DNA of 64,000 nucleotides from Octopus sinensis. Taxonomy: Eukaryota. The stretch covers positions 109,368,001 through 109,432,000 of the forward strand of contig NC_043001.1 in the NCBI RefSeq assembly GCF_006345805.1, written 5' to 3'. The notes below the pieces were generated by a model. That model saw only the letters and a list, made by a program, of their open reading frames with translations. It had not been told where the DNA came from and made no database searches. Positions within the stretch are counted from its first letter, which is position 1. Every line of letters starts with the position of its first letter. Positions 41,905 through 54,451 of this stretch are shown here, in pieces. Both the position numbers and the translations under genes were made by a program.

Positions 41905-42586
41905 TAATAATCTTTTCTGCTATAGGCACAAGTCCTGATATTTTGGAGGGGAGGATAAAGCGATTAGCCGACTTTGGTACTTTTTATCGACGCCGAATAG
42001 ATAACAGTCAACGTCGACCTCGGCGACATTTGAACTTGGAAGATAAAGTACTCCGCATTGCATCCGGTGTGTTAACGATTCTGTCAACCCTACGCTTTTT
42101 TTTTCATTACAATAGCAATAACACGAATAATAATATTAATACTAATTAAAACTATACACACTTTTACTCTTTTAAATGTTTCAGTCATTTGACTGCGGCC
42201 ATGCTGGAGCACCGACTTTAGTCGAGCAAATCGACCCCAGGACTTATTCTTTGTAAGCCTAGTACTTATTCTATCGGTCTCTTTTACCAAACCGCTAGGT
42301 TACTGGAACGTAAATACACCAGCACCGGTTGTCAAGCGATGTTGGGCGGGGGGGGGGACAAACACAAACACACAAGCATGTGCACACACATACATATATA
42401 TATATATATGTATACATATATACGACGAGTTTCCTTTCAGTTTCCGACTACCAAATTCACTCACAAGGCTTTGGTCGGTCCGAGGCTATAGTAGAAGACA
42501 ATTGCCCAAGGTGCCACGCAGTGGGGCTGAACCTGGAACCATGTTGTTGGTAAGCAAGCTATTTACCATACAGCCACTCCTGCGCA
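41650..42586 (-). mobile_element. SINE cluster: group B (41650-41857, 41912-42095) and group A (42160-42586)
   Basis: Reverse-complement cores and heads as in the other copies, separated by (AAT)n. Confidence 0.8.
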
Positions 42587-42952
42587 TAAATAATGATGAA
42601 TATCATGAATGGCAATGATACGTTTCATAATGCCAAACGAAAATATTTAAGTCACGATAAATATGTCCCAGTTACAATATGTAAAAGCAAGAATTTTTAT
42701 CAGATGTTTAATATAATCAGGCAGTGAAATAACAAATAACGGGTCTTCCATAAAAAGCATAAAACTGATAATGAAAAAATATATGGAAGAAAATGTGTTC
42801 CACAATTATTTTATGTGGAGACATTACAAAATATCACCCTGTTTCTTTCTCTGTCCATCTTTCTTTGAATATGTGTGTGCGCCTGTGAATGTGTGTCTAA
42901 GTATGTACACATCTATGTATACATATATATATTTATATATATGTATATATAT

Positions 42953-42997
<45 letters not shown>

Positions 42998-43033
42998 TAT
43001 TATATATATATAATACATATATATATATTTATA

Positions 43034-43100
<67 letters not shown>

Positions 43101-43105
43101 TATAA

Positions 43106-43145
<40 letters not shown>

Positions 43146-43166
43146 TATATACTTATATATAAATAC

Positions 43167-43203
<37 letters not shown>

Positions 43204-43206
43204 TAA

Positions 43207-43239
<33 letters not shown>

Positions 43240-43272
43240 TATATTATATTATATAGACATACGTGTATGCAA

Positions 43273-43308
<36 letters not shown>

Positions 43309-43323
43309 ATATATATACTTTAT

Positions 43324-43438
43324 TTAAAGCAGCTGAAAATTCAAGAAAACCTGTTACTCTGAGTTTCCCGTTGCCGTCCGATGAACGGCAACGGGAAACT
43401 CAGAGTAACAGGTTTTGTTGAATTTTCTGCTGCTTTAA
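43324..43438. repeat. Hairpin, 54-bp arms (2 mismatches), 7-nt loop; Penelope-type relic between (TA)n tracts
   Basis: 43324-43377 is the reverse complement of 43385-43438. The loop is ccgatga. Confidence 0.88.
43376..43410 (+). ncRNA. Minimal type-I hammerhead-ribozyme-like motif (variant core)
   Basis: gt-CCGATGA-acg(gcaa)cgg-GAAA-ctc(a)gag-TA-ac: core with U4C, short stem II with a GCAA loop, stem III, GUA triplet. Only 2 bp of stem I remain. Confidence 0.5.
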
Positions 43439-43513
43439 CTAAAGCATATTACTCTACCACTGGTATTGAGTACTCTTTTTTCCACCTTGTTTCACATTTA
43501 TGTGTTTACTCCG

Positions 43514-43554
<41 letters not shown>

Positions 43555-43603
43555 ATATATATACATACATATATAATATATATATAATATATATATAATA
43601 TAT

Positions 43604-43635
<32 letters not shown>

Positions 43636-44974
43636 ATATATATATATAATACATATATATATATATATAAAATATTATTAGAGACAAAACCACTATTTTG
43701 CAAAACAAACAAGGAAAGACTTAATCAATACATAAAATTTTAATAAATAGTCAAAAAATATATATATATATATTTATATACCTACTTACATACATATATA
43801 CATATATACAAACACAAACACACATAAGTGCTGGATAGTCTAGTAAATACACTTGAAAAATAAAGAGAACATCATTAAAACTGAAATCAAATCGTATTCT
43901 ATGTTATTGGAAGCTTCTTGAAGCTTTACAAATGATTACTTCGTGTTTATTCTTCTCAAAGGACGAACAATTATGAAAACTTGAAACCAAGAGAACAGTT
44001 AAAATAGAATGCGTTTGAAATGCACGATTATATCTAGGTACTGTTTTACAGATAATATTAAAGCAATATAATCTTAGTTGCCCATATTATACACACACAT
44101 ACACAGAAAAAGACTTGTGGGATGTATATGGAAGGAAGTAGTAGATTTGTGGTTAGAAATAGGAATTGAAAGAAAAATGTAGGTAGAATATGAAGAATTT
44201 TCTTGAAAGTGTGTAAAATTACCAAGCGTGTAGGGAAAGGAAGGATTTCTTAAAAGCCTGCGTATTCTGTTAAATCTGTAGGTATAGAAAACTTGGCGGA
44301 AGAGAAATAATTCGATTTAGAAAGAAATTAGCTAAATTTTACAAAGATCGTTGTGAAAGAAAAGTAAAAGTAAAAAAATGGCGGCGAAAATTCGATTACA
44401 GAAAGGAAAACATAGATGAGTCATCTAGGTAAAAAGTATTTTGGTGAAATACAATTGCAAAACTGATATTTTAAAGTGTGTCTGTGAGAACTTATTGATT
44501 CAGTTGTTTCATTTACTGCGCGTGAGCTTTGAATTGAGAAATTGCTCACTGAAGTGAAAAAAGTACCGAAAATCGCTTTGATATATCATATGCATATAAA
44601 CGCATATCCTGCTTACTTCCTCAATTAATCGGTTTTAATATTTGAAAGCAGGAATCTTGTGTGACATCACAAAATAATCAATGCTTTCTAAAGGCAATTA
44701 TTGTCGTGAAACAATACAGTTACATGCAAGCGGTGGCACACTGTTGCCATTGATTAAAAGTAATTTTAATTGAAATCATTATGTGAAGAAACAAAAGTTT
44801 AAAGCAAAATTTCTAATATTTCTGTCTTCTGTAAAGATCTGATGACATGTATATTTTGTGGGCAATATTCATTCTTACATTTCAACTAAAATATAGGTTA
44901 TATAACACAATGTTTTCAGGTCTCTAACGCATTCGGAATATGAAAGGAATATATTCACGTTTATTCTCAAACGC

Positions 44975-45380
44975 TTTATTTTGCCTTTCATCATTTCGGG
45001 GTCGATATAATAAGTAGGAGTTGAGCACTGGTGCTTATGTCACTGAGTAGTCCCATCTCTACAAAAATGTCAGGATTTGTACCTGTAGCACAAGTATATA
45101 TTAATGCAGACAGTATGGCAAAATGTGAAGGCGCGTGGCTCAGTAGTTAGAGCGTCGAGCTTACGATCGTGAGGTTGTGAGTTTGAATCCCGGACCGGGC
45201 TGTGTGTTGTGTTCACTCAGCTGTATATATGAGTTGCGATAACACTGGCGGCGTGGAGGGGGGAGGCTGGTATGCATGGGCGACTGCTGGTCTTCCATAA
45301 ACAACCTAGCCCGGACTTGTACCTGGGTGGGTAACTTTCTAGGTGAAATCCCATGGTCAGTCATAACCGAAGGGGGGTCT
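44975..45380 (+). mobile_element. SINE group B fragment (44975-45100) and SINE group C (45129-45380)
   Basis: Direct similarity to 19423 and 5872 respectively. Confidence 0.8.
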
Positions 45381-45939
45381 CAAATGGCAAAATATTTAGC
45401 TCTCATTCATCATTTACTATTTTGAAAGAAAAGTCAGAAACAAAATTCCTCCAATTGTGCTAAACATAAGGTAAACCGTCCATCTAATGCATAATTAGGA
45501 AGAGATTCCAACACATGATTTTAATAAAAGAATACTTTATTCATTATTATTTGAAACTCGTGTTTATCACTTAACAAATTCTAGAAATTGACACAGGTCA
45601 ATATTATTGATATTTACACCTCTGTTAATAGTCATTTTGTTTTACTTAAAGCCAAAGACATCTTACATTTCGTTGGAACTTAAGCTGATATGCTTTTAAG
45701 AAAATAGTCAACGTTTTAGCGATTCAAAATAGCTAAAAATAATCCAAAAAAGTTACTAATTGACACTTATGAGAATATGTTGTCCTGAACTATGAAATAA
45801 TTTGCCCTACCTGTTTTACATATTGTTATATAATGAAATTCATGGCTTAAACGAATGGTTTTTATGGAGATAAATACCAAATTATTAGATATCCTAAGAA
45901 AATATCTCACAAAATTACATATACTTTTTATGATTACGA

Positions 45940-46569
45940 TCGTTACAAACACCGAGCTGGAAAAATCGTTAAAACGACGGACAAAACGCTTAGACAACCA
46001 CCTAAACGATTTCAGATCAGCATAAGGATTACCATCACCCCATTGGAATTCAACCAGAGAACATAGAAACACTTGCTTCGGATCGAGCTGAATGGCGAAC
46101 AAAAGCGTGGAGTGGAGTGAAAGCGTTTGAAGAGGCCGGGATAGCGTATGCAAGACGCAAGCGAGATTAGAAGAATGTTACGATCGAAAGGCGAATCACC
46201 ATGACCTTTTGCTCTGCACAGTTTGTGACAGACCACGCATTTCTTTTGCTGAGCTCGCCTCTCATTTGAGGACCGATGAAAAACGAACCTCCATCAACTA
46301 TTATTTTCTATATATCTGTGAACACCTTTCAATGTCCTGTATGCAACAAGGTCTGCAAATCTAACGTAGGCCTCAAGAGACATTTTAAGGTCCACAAAGA
46401 TCAGAACTTAACTGCAGCACTTGGTGGTCGAAATCGGATATGCAATCTGTATGGTTCTTTTCAAAATATTGTCTGGTTTAAAAAGCCACATCAAACGCCA
46501 GACGCCATGATATCTAAGGTTTAGGTACAAGAGATGGGCAGATTCTGCATAAAGAGTAGACAACCACCA
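45940..46569 (+). mobile_element. Degenerate RTE/RTE-X-type LINE 3' end with C2H2 fingers
   Basis: Reads GIQPENIETLASDRAEWRTKAWSGVKAFEE..., then FQCPVCNKVCKSNVGLKRHFKVH and a broken second finger. Stops and frameshifts present; ends in (TA)n. Confidence 0.7.
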
Positions 46570-46592
46570 TATATATATATATATATATGTTT

Positions 46593-46867
46593 ACCTTTTA
46601 CTTGTTTTTGTCATGAGATTGTGGCCATGCTGGGACATCGCTTGAAGAATATTTAGTGGTATAAATTGACCACAGTACTTATTTTTTTCAACCTGGAACT
46701 TATTCTATAGATCTCTTCAGTCGAAACGACACTTTACCGGGACGGAAACATATCATCTTCGGTTGCCAAGCGGTGGAGGAGGACAAACATAGACACACAG
46801 ACACAGACGCACACACAAACGCATACACACACAGATATATATGACGGGCTTCTATCAGTTTCTGAAA
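46593..46867 (-). mobile_element. Diverged SINE group A, 3' part
   Basis: ttttacttgtttttgtcatgagattgtggccatgctgg...gacgggcttct. Confidence 0.65.
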
Positions 46868-46925
46868 GTTAATTATATATATATATACATGTGTGTATGT
46901 ATGTGTGAGTATATGCATATATATA

Positions 46926-46976
<51 letters not shown>

Positions 46977-47015
46977 CTGTGTGTGTATATATATATATAT
47001 ATATATGTATATATG

Positions 47016-47101
<86 letters not shown>

Positions 47102-47828
47102 ATCACATATGTTCCGAATACAGGTATTTGTGCTTATCACATATATAAACGAAATCGATGGTCCTCTGTTATTATATGTTTCAGTTGAAAAGACTACTCT
47201 TACAATTTCCTAGAAGCTTCTATGAAGTCGAATCTGTAAAAATAAACGAAGAGAGAAATTGATTTATCATTTACAAAAGAAACTTATCATTGTCGCAGGA
47301 ATGAATTGATTTCGAGATAAAGGGTCGGTCAAGGCATTCATTTGAAAGTAAATTACAAATATATTACATGCGATCGTCAGGCATGTGTTTGCGTACAATA
47401 TTGAATGTTGCATGTATTTTATGAATTAAATATCCTTACAGCGTATGCATCCTATTCTTTCGTTTTAAAGTGATCAAAGGTTTACTCGTTATGTAAATGA
47501 CATGTTTTTAAACGCTTAATGCGCCACTCCTAGATAGCAGTTTAAAATTGCTTGCATTTGCATATGAATAGGATTTTTTTTATTTCCATAATAATGTTTC
47601 TGCTAAACACAACAGGATATTTTTGTTTGAGGAAAATTTTGTTTGGGTGTCTCTCCTCCTAATACTACATGTACACACATGCAAAGATGCTTACATACAC
47701 ACATGTAGAGGCATGCATGTACACATGTACACATGTACTTGCAAAATATGACACACCGGTTGGCTGAATTTGAAACCACACAGTGTAGACACACACACTT
47801 TAACCACATGATAGTATGTGATAAAAAT

Positions 47829-48046
47829 TAGGGCGGCGAGCTGGCAGAAACGTTAGCATGCCGGGCGAAATGCGTAGCCGTATTTCGTTTGCCGTTACGC
47901 TCTGAGTTCAAATTCCGCCGAGGTCGACTTTGCCTTTCATCCTATCGGGGTCGATTAAATAAGTACCAGTTACGCACTGAGGTCGATGTGTGTCTGTCCT
48001 TGTTTGTCCCCTCTGTGTTTAGCCCATTGTGGGTAGTAAAGAAATA
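47829..48046 (+). mobile_element. SINE group B with a perfect 16-bp TSD
   Basis: TSD agtatgtgataaaaat at 47813-47828 and 48047-48062. Confidence 0.92.
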
Positions 48047-48269
48047 AGTATGTGATAAAAATGTTTTTCTAGTTCTGGCACAAGGCCAGCAATTGTGTGT
48101 TGAGGTAGTACAGATTTCCGCCTTGTATGGAATCGTTTTCCATACCCATTGTGTTTCCTCTAGAAACTAATGTACTTGTAAAATATGACACACGGGCTGG
48201 GTGAATTTGAAACCACACTATAGACTCAAACACTTTAACTATATAATAATATGTGATAAAATTTTATTC

Positions 48270-49228
48270 TAATTCTGGCACAAGGCCAGCAATTTTGTGT
48301 TGAGGTAGCATTCGTTTGCACCGTCATCACTTGGCAACTACATTATTTTGCCAACCAAATAAAGCAAAGTTAACAAGAGCAGAATTTAAATTTAAAACGT
48401 AATGGACCAGAAGTAATTACCGCTAAGTATTTTGGCCGATGTGCTAATGGTTCTAACAGCTAATCACTTTGCACGTCTGACGTAATATTAGTTTCGTAGA
48501 TTTGTACAAAGTCATCAGTTTCGGAAGAGAGGATAAATTGATTACCATTACTTCACCACTCAGTTTGTATCTATTTAATTCCGAAAGGATGAAAGGCAAA
48601 GTCGACCTCAGCGGAATTTGAGCTGAGAACGTAAAGGGATGCAAACGGTTCTGCCACCCGGTCACTTTACATGTCTACCATGATACTGATTTTGGCACAA
48701 ACTTTTACACAAGGACAGCAAGATCAAGAAGGTGGTGAATAGATTACATCGACCCCTGTGCTCAACTGGTTCTTATTTCATCGACCCCGAAATGATAAAC
48801 GGCAAATTCGACCTTGGTGGCATTTGAACTCAGAATGTAACGACGGACGAAATGCCACTAAAAATTTTGTCCGGCGTGCTAACAATTCCGCCAGCTCGTC
48901 GCCTCCTTGCCTGACATAATATCGGTTTCAAATTTTGTTGGTACAAGGCCACCAGTATTTCACTGGTACTTATTTTATCGACCCCGAAAGAATAAAAGGC
49001 AAAGCCGGCCTCAGCAGAACTTGAACTCAGAACCTAAAAACGGATGAAATGTCGGCGTGATAACGATTCTGTCAGTTTGTAAGCGTGACATATATTCTTT
49101 TCTCCTCTAGGCACAAGCCCCGAAATTTTGGGGGATGGAAACCAGTCGATTAGATCGACCCCAGTATGCAACTGCTTCTTAATTTATCGACCCCCGAATG
49201 GATGAAAAGCAAAGTCGAGCTCGCCGCC
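48270..49228 (-). mobile_element. Cluster of about five SINE group B copies/fragments in the same orientation
   Basis: Repeated ccccgaaa..gaaaggcaaagtcgacctc..gaatttgaactcagaa cores at ~48360, 48585, 48790, 48985 and 49195. Confidence 0.8.
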
Positions 49229-49920
49229 TTAAGATGTGACATAGATTGACTGTAATATATTGTTTAGTTTCTCGAGAAAATAGCCATCTGCACTTAAGAT
49301 ATTTCAGATATAATACTTTTACTTTAGATACGGGAAAAGCTTGAATATTGTTTTCAACCAAGTATTCCTGATGAAACAGACCTACCTTTACAAGCCATGA
49401 CTATCTCTTTGTATATTCACTTAGCTTTTCTATATACTAATTCATTTAGTAGTAACACCCGCGCTATTTCTGTGTCTCATTTAACAATGCACTCGGATCA
49501 ATTGATTTCCTTACATATACTTGCGCTATTGGCGCTATTGTTCAACTATTTTGAATATTTTCTCTATCCTCAACGTTCTCACCTTCATCTCCATTATCAT
49601 AATGATAGTCTCTATCAATATTATTGATGACAACTTGTGTTCTTTTTGAAGTAGTATTCTGTGAACAGTTGAAGATTCAATGATTCAAAAATTAAGGAGT
49701 TCCTTTAAAAGAATGAAATTCTGTTCGTTTGGAAATTCAAATCATGGATGTTTCAACAATATAAATATGCGAACGAATTGTTGTGAACGAATTGCGATTC
49801 AAAATCAGATTCACACTTCTTATGGTAACACACTCGTCTTTCTTATCCCTTTATTGCATTACAATTACGAAAATTTCCTCTGCATAGCATTCCGATCACA
49901 CATTTTAAAGGAGTAAACTA

Positions 49921-50327
49921 GGCGTAGGAGTGGCTGTGTGGTAAGCAGGTTGCTTATGAACTACGTAGTTCCGGGTTCAGTCCCACTACGTGGCACATTG
50001 GGAAAGTGACTTCTACTAAAGCATCAGGCCGACCAAAGCGTTGTGAATGGATTTGGTAGATGAAAACTGAAAGTAGATCATCGTATATATATATATGTAT
50101 ATGTATATATATATCTGTGTGTGTGTTTGTGTGTCTGTGTTTGTCCCCCCAACATCACTCGACAACCGTTGTGTTTACGTCCCCGTAACCTAATGGTTCG
50201 GCATAAGTGACCGATAGAATAAGTACTAGGCTTACAAAGAATAAGTCCTGGTGTCGATTTGCTCGATTATAGGCGGTGCTCCCGCATGGTCGCATTCAAA
50301 TGACTGAAACAAATAAAAGAGTAAGAG
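49921..50327 (+). mobile_element. SINE group A, full length
   Basis: ggcgtaggagtggctgtgtggtaag head through the aaaagagtaagag tail. Confidence 0.88.
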
Positions 50328-50333
50328 TATATA

Positions 50334-50400
<67 letters not shown>

Positions 50401-50413
50401 GCATATGTATATA

Positions 50414-51132
50414 TCAGGTTATCCCATAAGTTCTATCTGAATTTGGAGTAAAGAAAACAAGTGATCAAATGTTATACTTAATCGAAATTTAATCATCAAT
50501 GTATTTTCCCTGATTATCTATGATTTCCTTCCATCTATTTACAAGCTTTTTAATCCCATCAATGTAAAACTCTTTTGGTTTCAAAGCTATGAACTCTGAG
50601 CTGTTAGTTTCGACTTCCTGGCTTGTGACGGTTAAGTACCCCAAATGATTCTGTAAACTACGAAACAAATAGTAGTCTGAAGGAGCAAGATTGGAGAGGA
50701 TGAGGAATTTTTTCCCAACCAAGCTCTTCGATCTTGTGTGATGTGATCTTTGCAGTGTGGGGTCGTGCATTGTCCTGATGAATCATCACTCCTATTTGAT
50801 TTACTAAAGCGGCTCCTTTTTTCTTCAAGACTTGGTTCAAATGCTCTAATTGTTGACAGTAGACTGGAGCATTGATTGTTGCATTAGGTGGTAACAATTC
50901 AAAGTGAATTACTCTTTTGCAATCCCACCAGATAGAGAGAAAAACCTTTTCCCCATGAAGGTCTCTTCTCGGTTATGGATGAGCGTTTTCCTTTTTACCA
51001 AGCCACTGTTTACGACGTTTAACATTTCGATAGAAGATCAATTTTTCGTCACCAGTTACAAGTCTATCGAAAACGGGTGAAATGAGTTCACGAGAATGGA
51101 GAGAAGAGCAGATGACAACTCGGGATTTGCGG
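50414..51132 (-). pseudogene. Mariner (DD34D-type) transposon relic, transposase C-terminal portion, disrupted
   Basis: Motifs RLVTGDEKLIFYRN, IWWD..IHFELLP, HQDNARPHTA, IPHP..NLAPSDYYLFRSLQN and RWKEIIDNQGKYIDD*. A stop at 50973 and a frameshift near 50695. One TIR-like end (tcaggttatcccataagttc) follows TA; the 5' part is lost at a (TG)n tract. Confidence 0.9.
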
Positions 51133-51532
51133 TTGTGTATATGTGTGTGTGTGTGTGTGTTTGTGCAGGTGTGTCTTTGTGTGTGTTTTCGTGTGTGTCT
51201 GTACACACACACACACATACACACACATATATATATATAAATTTATGTAAATAAGGATAAGATTGTTATTTAAAATACCGATCTTATCAAGTGACTAGCA
51301 TTGGAATAAAAACCTCATAGATAATAATAATTATTAAAATTACAATTAGGGTATCTAAAAGATACCATCATGTTAGAGATAGCAATCAAATCTTGATTCT
51401 AAAACCACATCAAAAATGATTGGAATATATATATAAGTTCAGTAAAAATTTAGATTCATTTGAATATGGTACTTAAGTTAAAGGCACCAGAATTTGGTAT
51501 GGTATTATCTATATAATTCAAAATGGGGTGAT

Positions 51533-51608
51533 TATAATCAAAATAAGCAACAAGGATATCCAGAGGTAATGCAGCATTACCTCTGGATATCCTTGTTGCT
51601 TATTTTGG

Positions 51609-51613
<5 letters not shown>
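51533..51613. repeat. Hairpin, 40-bp arms (1 mismatch), 1-nt loop, abutting (TA)n
   Basis: caaaataagcaacaaggatatccagaggtaatgc-a-gcattacctctggatatccttgttgcttattttg, centred on 51573. Confidence 0.9.
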
Positions 51614-51668
<55 letters not shown>

Positions 51669-51743
51669 GTACTTACTCATTCTCGAATTTGATGGTTCAT
51701 ATAGCAGGACGTAAACCGACTCAAGAAATCTCTAGTGAAACAT

Positions 51744-51802
51744 TTTATTGATGTACCTGAAGAGACCCATAACGGGTCGAAACATGTGTTGCATCCAATA
51801 AA
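51744..51802 (+). ncRNA. Minimal type-I hammerhead-ribozyme-like motif (probably inactivated)
   Basis: Stem I tttattgatgta / tgcatc-c-aataaa; CTGAAGA (51757-51763); stem II GACCC-ataac-GGGTC; GAAA; palindromic stem III ACATGT. The cleavage position reads GUG rather than GUH. Confidence 0.6.
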
Positions 51803-52172
51803 GTCTATTACACATTCCATCTCCCATTTTATTAATTCTGTTACCCCAAACCGCCAATACGAAGTTCCTGCATTAAGTATACGGATAACAACAGGTAATA
51901 GAAACTGTGCCGGTGCTTTACTTATCGTCTCTTTATACATTTTGTATAATTTCTCCATTATTATATATATATGGCAGCCTCTATCCATACGCACACACTC
52001 ACACACTCTCACATACACAAGCACACGCACGTTCGTTTTTGTATCACCAATACTTTAATATTTCTCTTCTTCCTATCTCTCATATCTAAACCCCTCTCTC
52101 CATCCAGCCGCCATGATTGAACGCTAGGTCCAAAAGATATTTTATTCTGTGTCCCTTTATTTCCGCGTGTTG

Positions 52173-52208
52173 CTTTCTGTTGAAGAGCGTAGGCTCGAAA
52201 TGTAAAAG
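52173..52208 (+). ncRNA. Degenerate minimal hammerhead-like motif in a Penelope-type terminal fragment (~52085-52300)
   Basis: cttt-CTGTTGA-a-GAGC(gtag)GCTC-GAAA-tgTA-aaag. The core has one substitution relative to CUGAUGA. Confidence 0.45.
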
Positions 52209-53906
52209 ACTTTCTCACCTTCCCTAGCACTAAACTTATACAGCTGTTTGTTGTTTATACATCTATCTTCGTCTTTTCTTTTTCTGTAAATTTCAATTAT
52301 ATGAAAACTTCTGGTATATATATATATATATATACACCAACATTATCGTACATGAACTGGCTATCAACAGAATTTAAGTTATACTGTGTATTGAATTATA
52401 AGTATTAACGTTGGACGTGTATGGCACAAGAATCAGAAAATATCACAATATGCTTTACATTAATAACGATATAATAACTTTAAAGATACTATAAATTGTT
52501 ACATGTGTTTTAAATTGGCTCCATCACTAGCATGATTCAATTGATGCGGTTTCAATTCGGTCTAAAATTCAATTACTCTCCACAATTTGCATTTTATTAC
52601 AACATTATGTAAGCGAAAGCAAGTGAGGGAGCGAAAGAGAAAGATAGAGATAGAAAGAGAGTATATTTGTGAGAAAGATGGAAGAAAGAGAGTGAGAGGG
52701 ATAGAAGTTTTCATATGCTTCTTATTTATTCTTTAACAGTTAACTTTATTCCACACTAATTTTGTTTTAGTCTCTTCTCGTTTGTCAGGCTAACAGCTAC
52801 CGTCGTCAGTATAGCTTTATGCTTGGTAACATAATCGCATCCTGCCAATATTCTGTACACTGATCAAAATAATTGACCGACTCCAATTTCACTTTCTCTC
52901 ATACTAACGAAACATCTGTTATAAATTTAAATTTTCACTTTTTCAAATTCCTTCTGCCTTGTATTATTTTATAATCGACCTCAGCAAATCTATGCTGAAA
53001 CATGATTTTCTGTAATCAATAAGCACTTAACGTCACAAACGTCTGTTATTATACACCTAAAACTCTATAGTTTCTACATGATTGTATACTTTATTTTCTC
53101 CATTGTAGAGTCCACCATGATTATTTCAGTGCATTATTACTTACAGCTCACCAACTATAATTCCTTTATGATCAAATCTTACACATTTACTACATTATTC
53201 ACGGCATCGTCCATTTGACTGGAAAAAGATATGCTTCTCATTAAGATATTTCCTATCTGGAGATTATTGGTCCACATAACGTATTTAATTTTTCTGCTTC
53301 TTTGTGTGTGTCATATCACCGCTGGGTGCATATTTCTTTGTCAAATACGACTGAAGATTATATGCTTTCTGAGCAGAATATATTTTAAGAAACCATTTGA
53401 ATAATTTCAACCACCTTCTTATGGGTCGGTTTTACTAATGGGAAGATGTGCGTCTTCCATACGAGTGAATCTGCTCAGGTTTTCTCTAATAGCTCTATTT
53501 TGATTAGAGTTTTCCTTTCATGCTTCCGAAATTCGTATATGATATATTGTTCACATTTGTTCTCGAGTTCATATTATAATATATGATGAAGAGCAATTGT
53601 TCGAATTCTAAAATTAGTGTTACCCAAACAAGAAGCCCGTTCATTTTGTTTACTTCGTCATCAGCAATTCAAATCCTTCTGAGTCTATACCGGAATTGTT
53701 ACATCTCCTTACTTCATTTGCCGACTGCCTCATTTGCGAAAGGTTATGAGTAGATAAGTAATGAAGTAATTAAAATGATATCATGTCAAGGGATCTCTAA
53801 GATCGTAAAAGCTTAGTGGGTTCAAAAACATCTCAGATACAGTCAAGCGTAAAAAACGATAAAAAAGATTATGCGGAAAATGTTGCTGAACAGAAAGCGC
53901 CATGTA

Positions 53907-54451
53907 TTGGGTTGTCCGGAAAGTTCGTGCCGATTTTTAAAGGAAAGAAAAAGATCACTAAATACTTGCCATTACATTTTTAATCAACCAAATATAAACC
54001 ATTTTGTTGAACAATGCGTCTCCATCTTTCCTTTAAATTGAAAATACCCTCTTCCCAGAATTAAGGCGTTTTCATGGCAAAGATTTCATCAAGATATCTT
54101 TTTACGTCATCCAAGGAATTGAATATTTTACCATTAAGACTATTCTGCAGAATAAGTGGAAATCCGAAGGAGCAATATCTGGTAGATATCGAGGGTGGGG
54201 TAACACATGCCAGCCGAGCTGTAGCAATTTTTGTCTGGTTCCCAAAGCATCAATTGCTGAAAACGAACTTTCTTATCTTCCATTTTAAAGGGTTACAGAA
54301 TTAACACAGATTATAGGAATATAAACTTTCTTCCACGAAAAGATAGCTTAAACTGTTCTGTAAATGGAGGTGTAGTCAAATCCTATTTTATGGACATAAC
54401 CATGTTCTAAAATAAGTCGAAAGGTAAACACAAAATTTCCGGACAACTCAA
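53907..54451 (-). mobile_element. Internally deleted mariner element with both TIRs
   Basis: TIRs ttgggttgtccggaaagtt / aatttccggacaactcaa with TA flanks (53905-53906, 54452-54453). The minus strand encodes KLLQLGWHVLPHPRYLPDIAPSDFHLF...LQNSLNGK...RWRRIVQQNGLYLVD*. Confidence 0.88.

Noticed and set aside
46276-46524. C2H2 zinc-finger host gene (also 40929-41174)
   Set aside because: Both are preceded by LINE-type DRxxWR/SRxxWR motifs and followed by a short UTR and simple-repeat tail, so they are retrotransposon C-termini.
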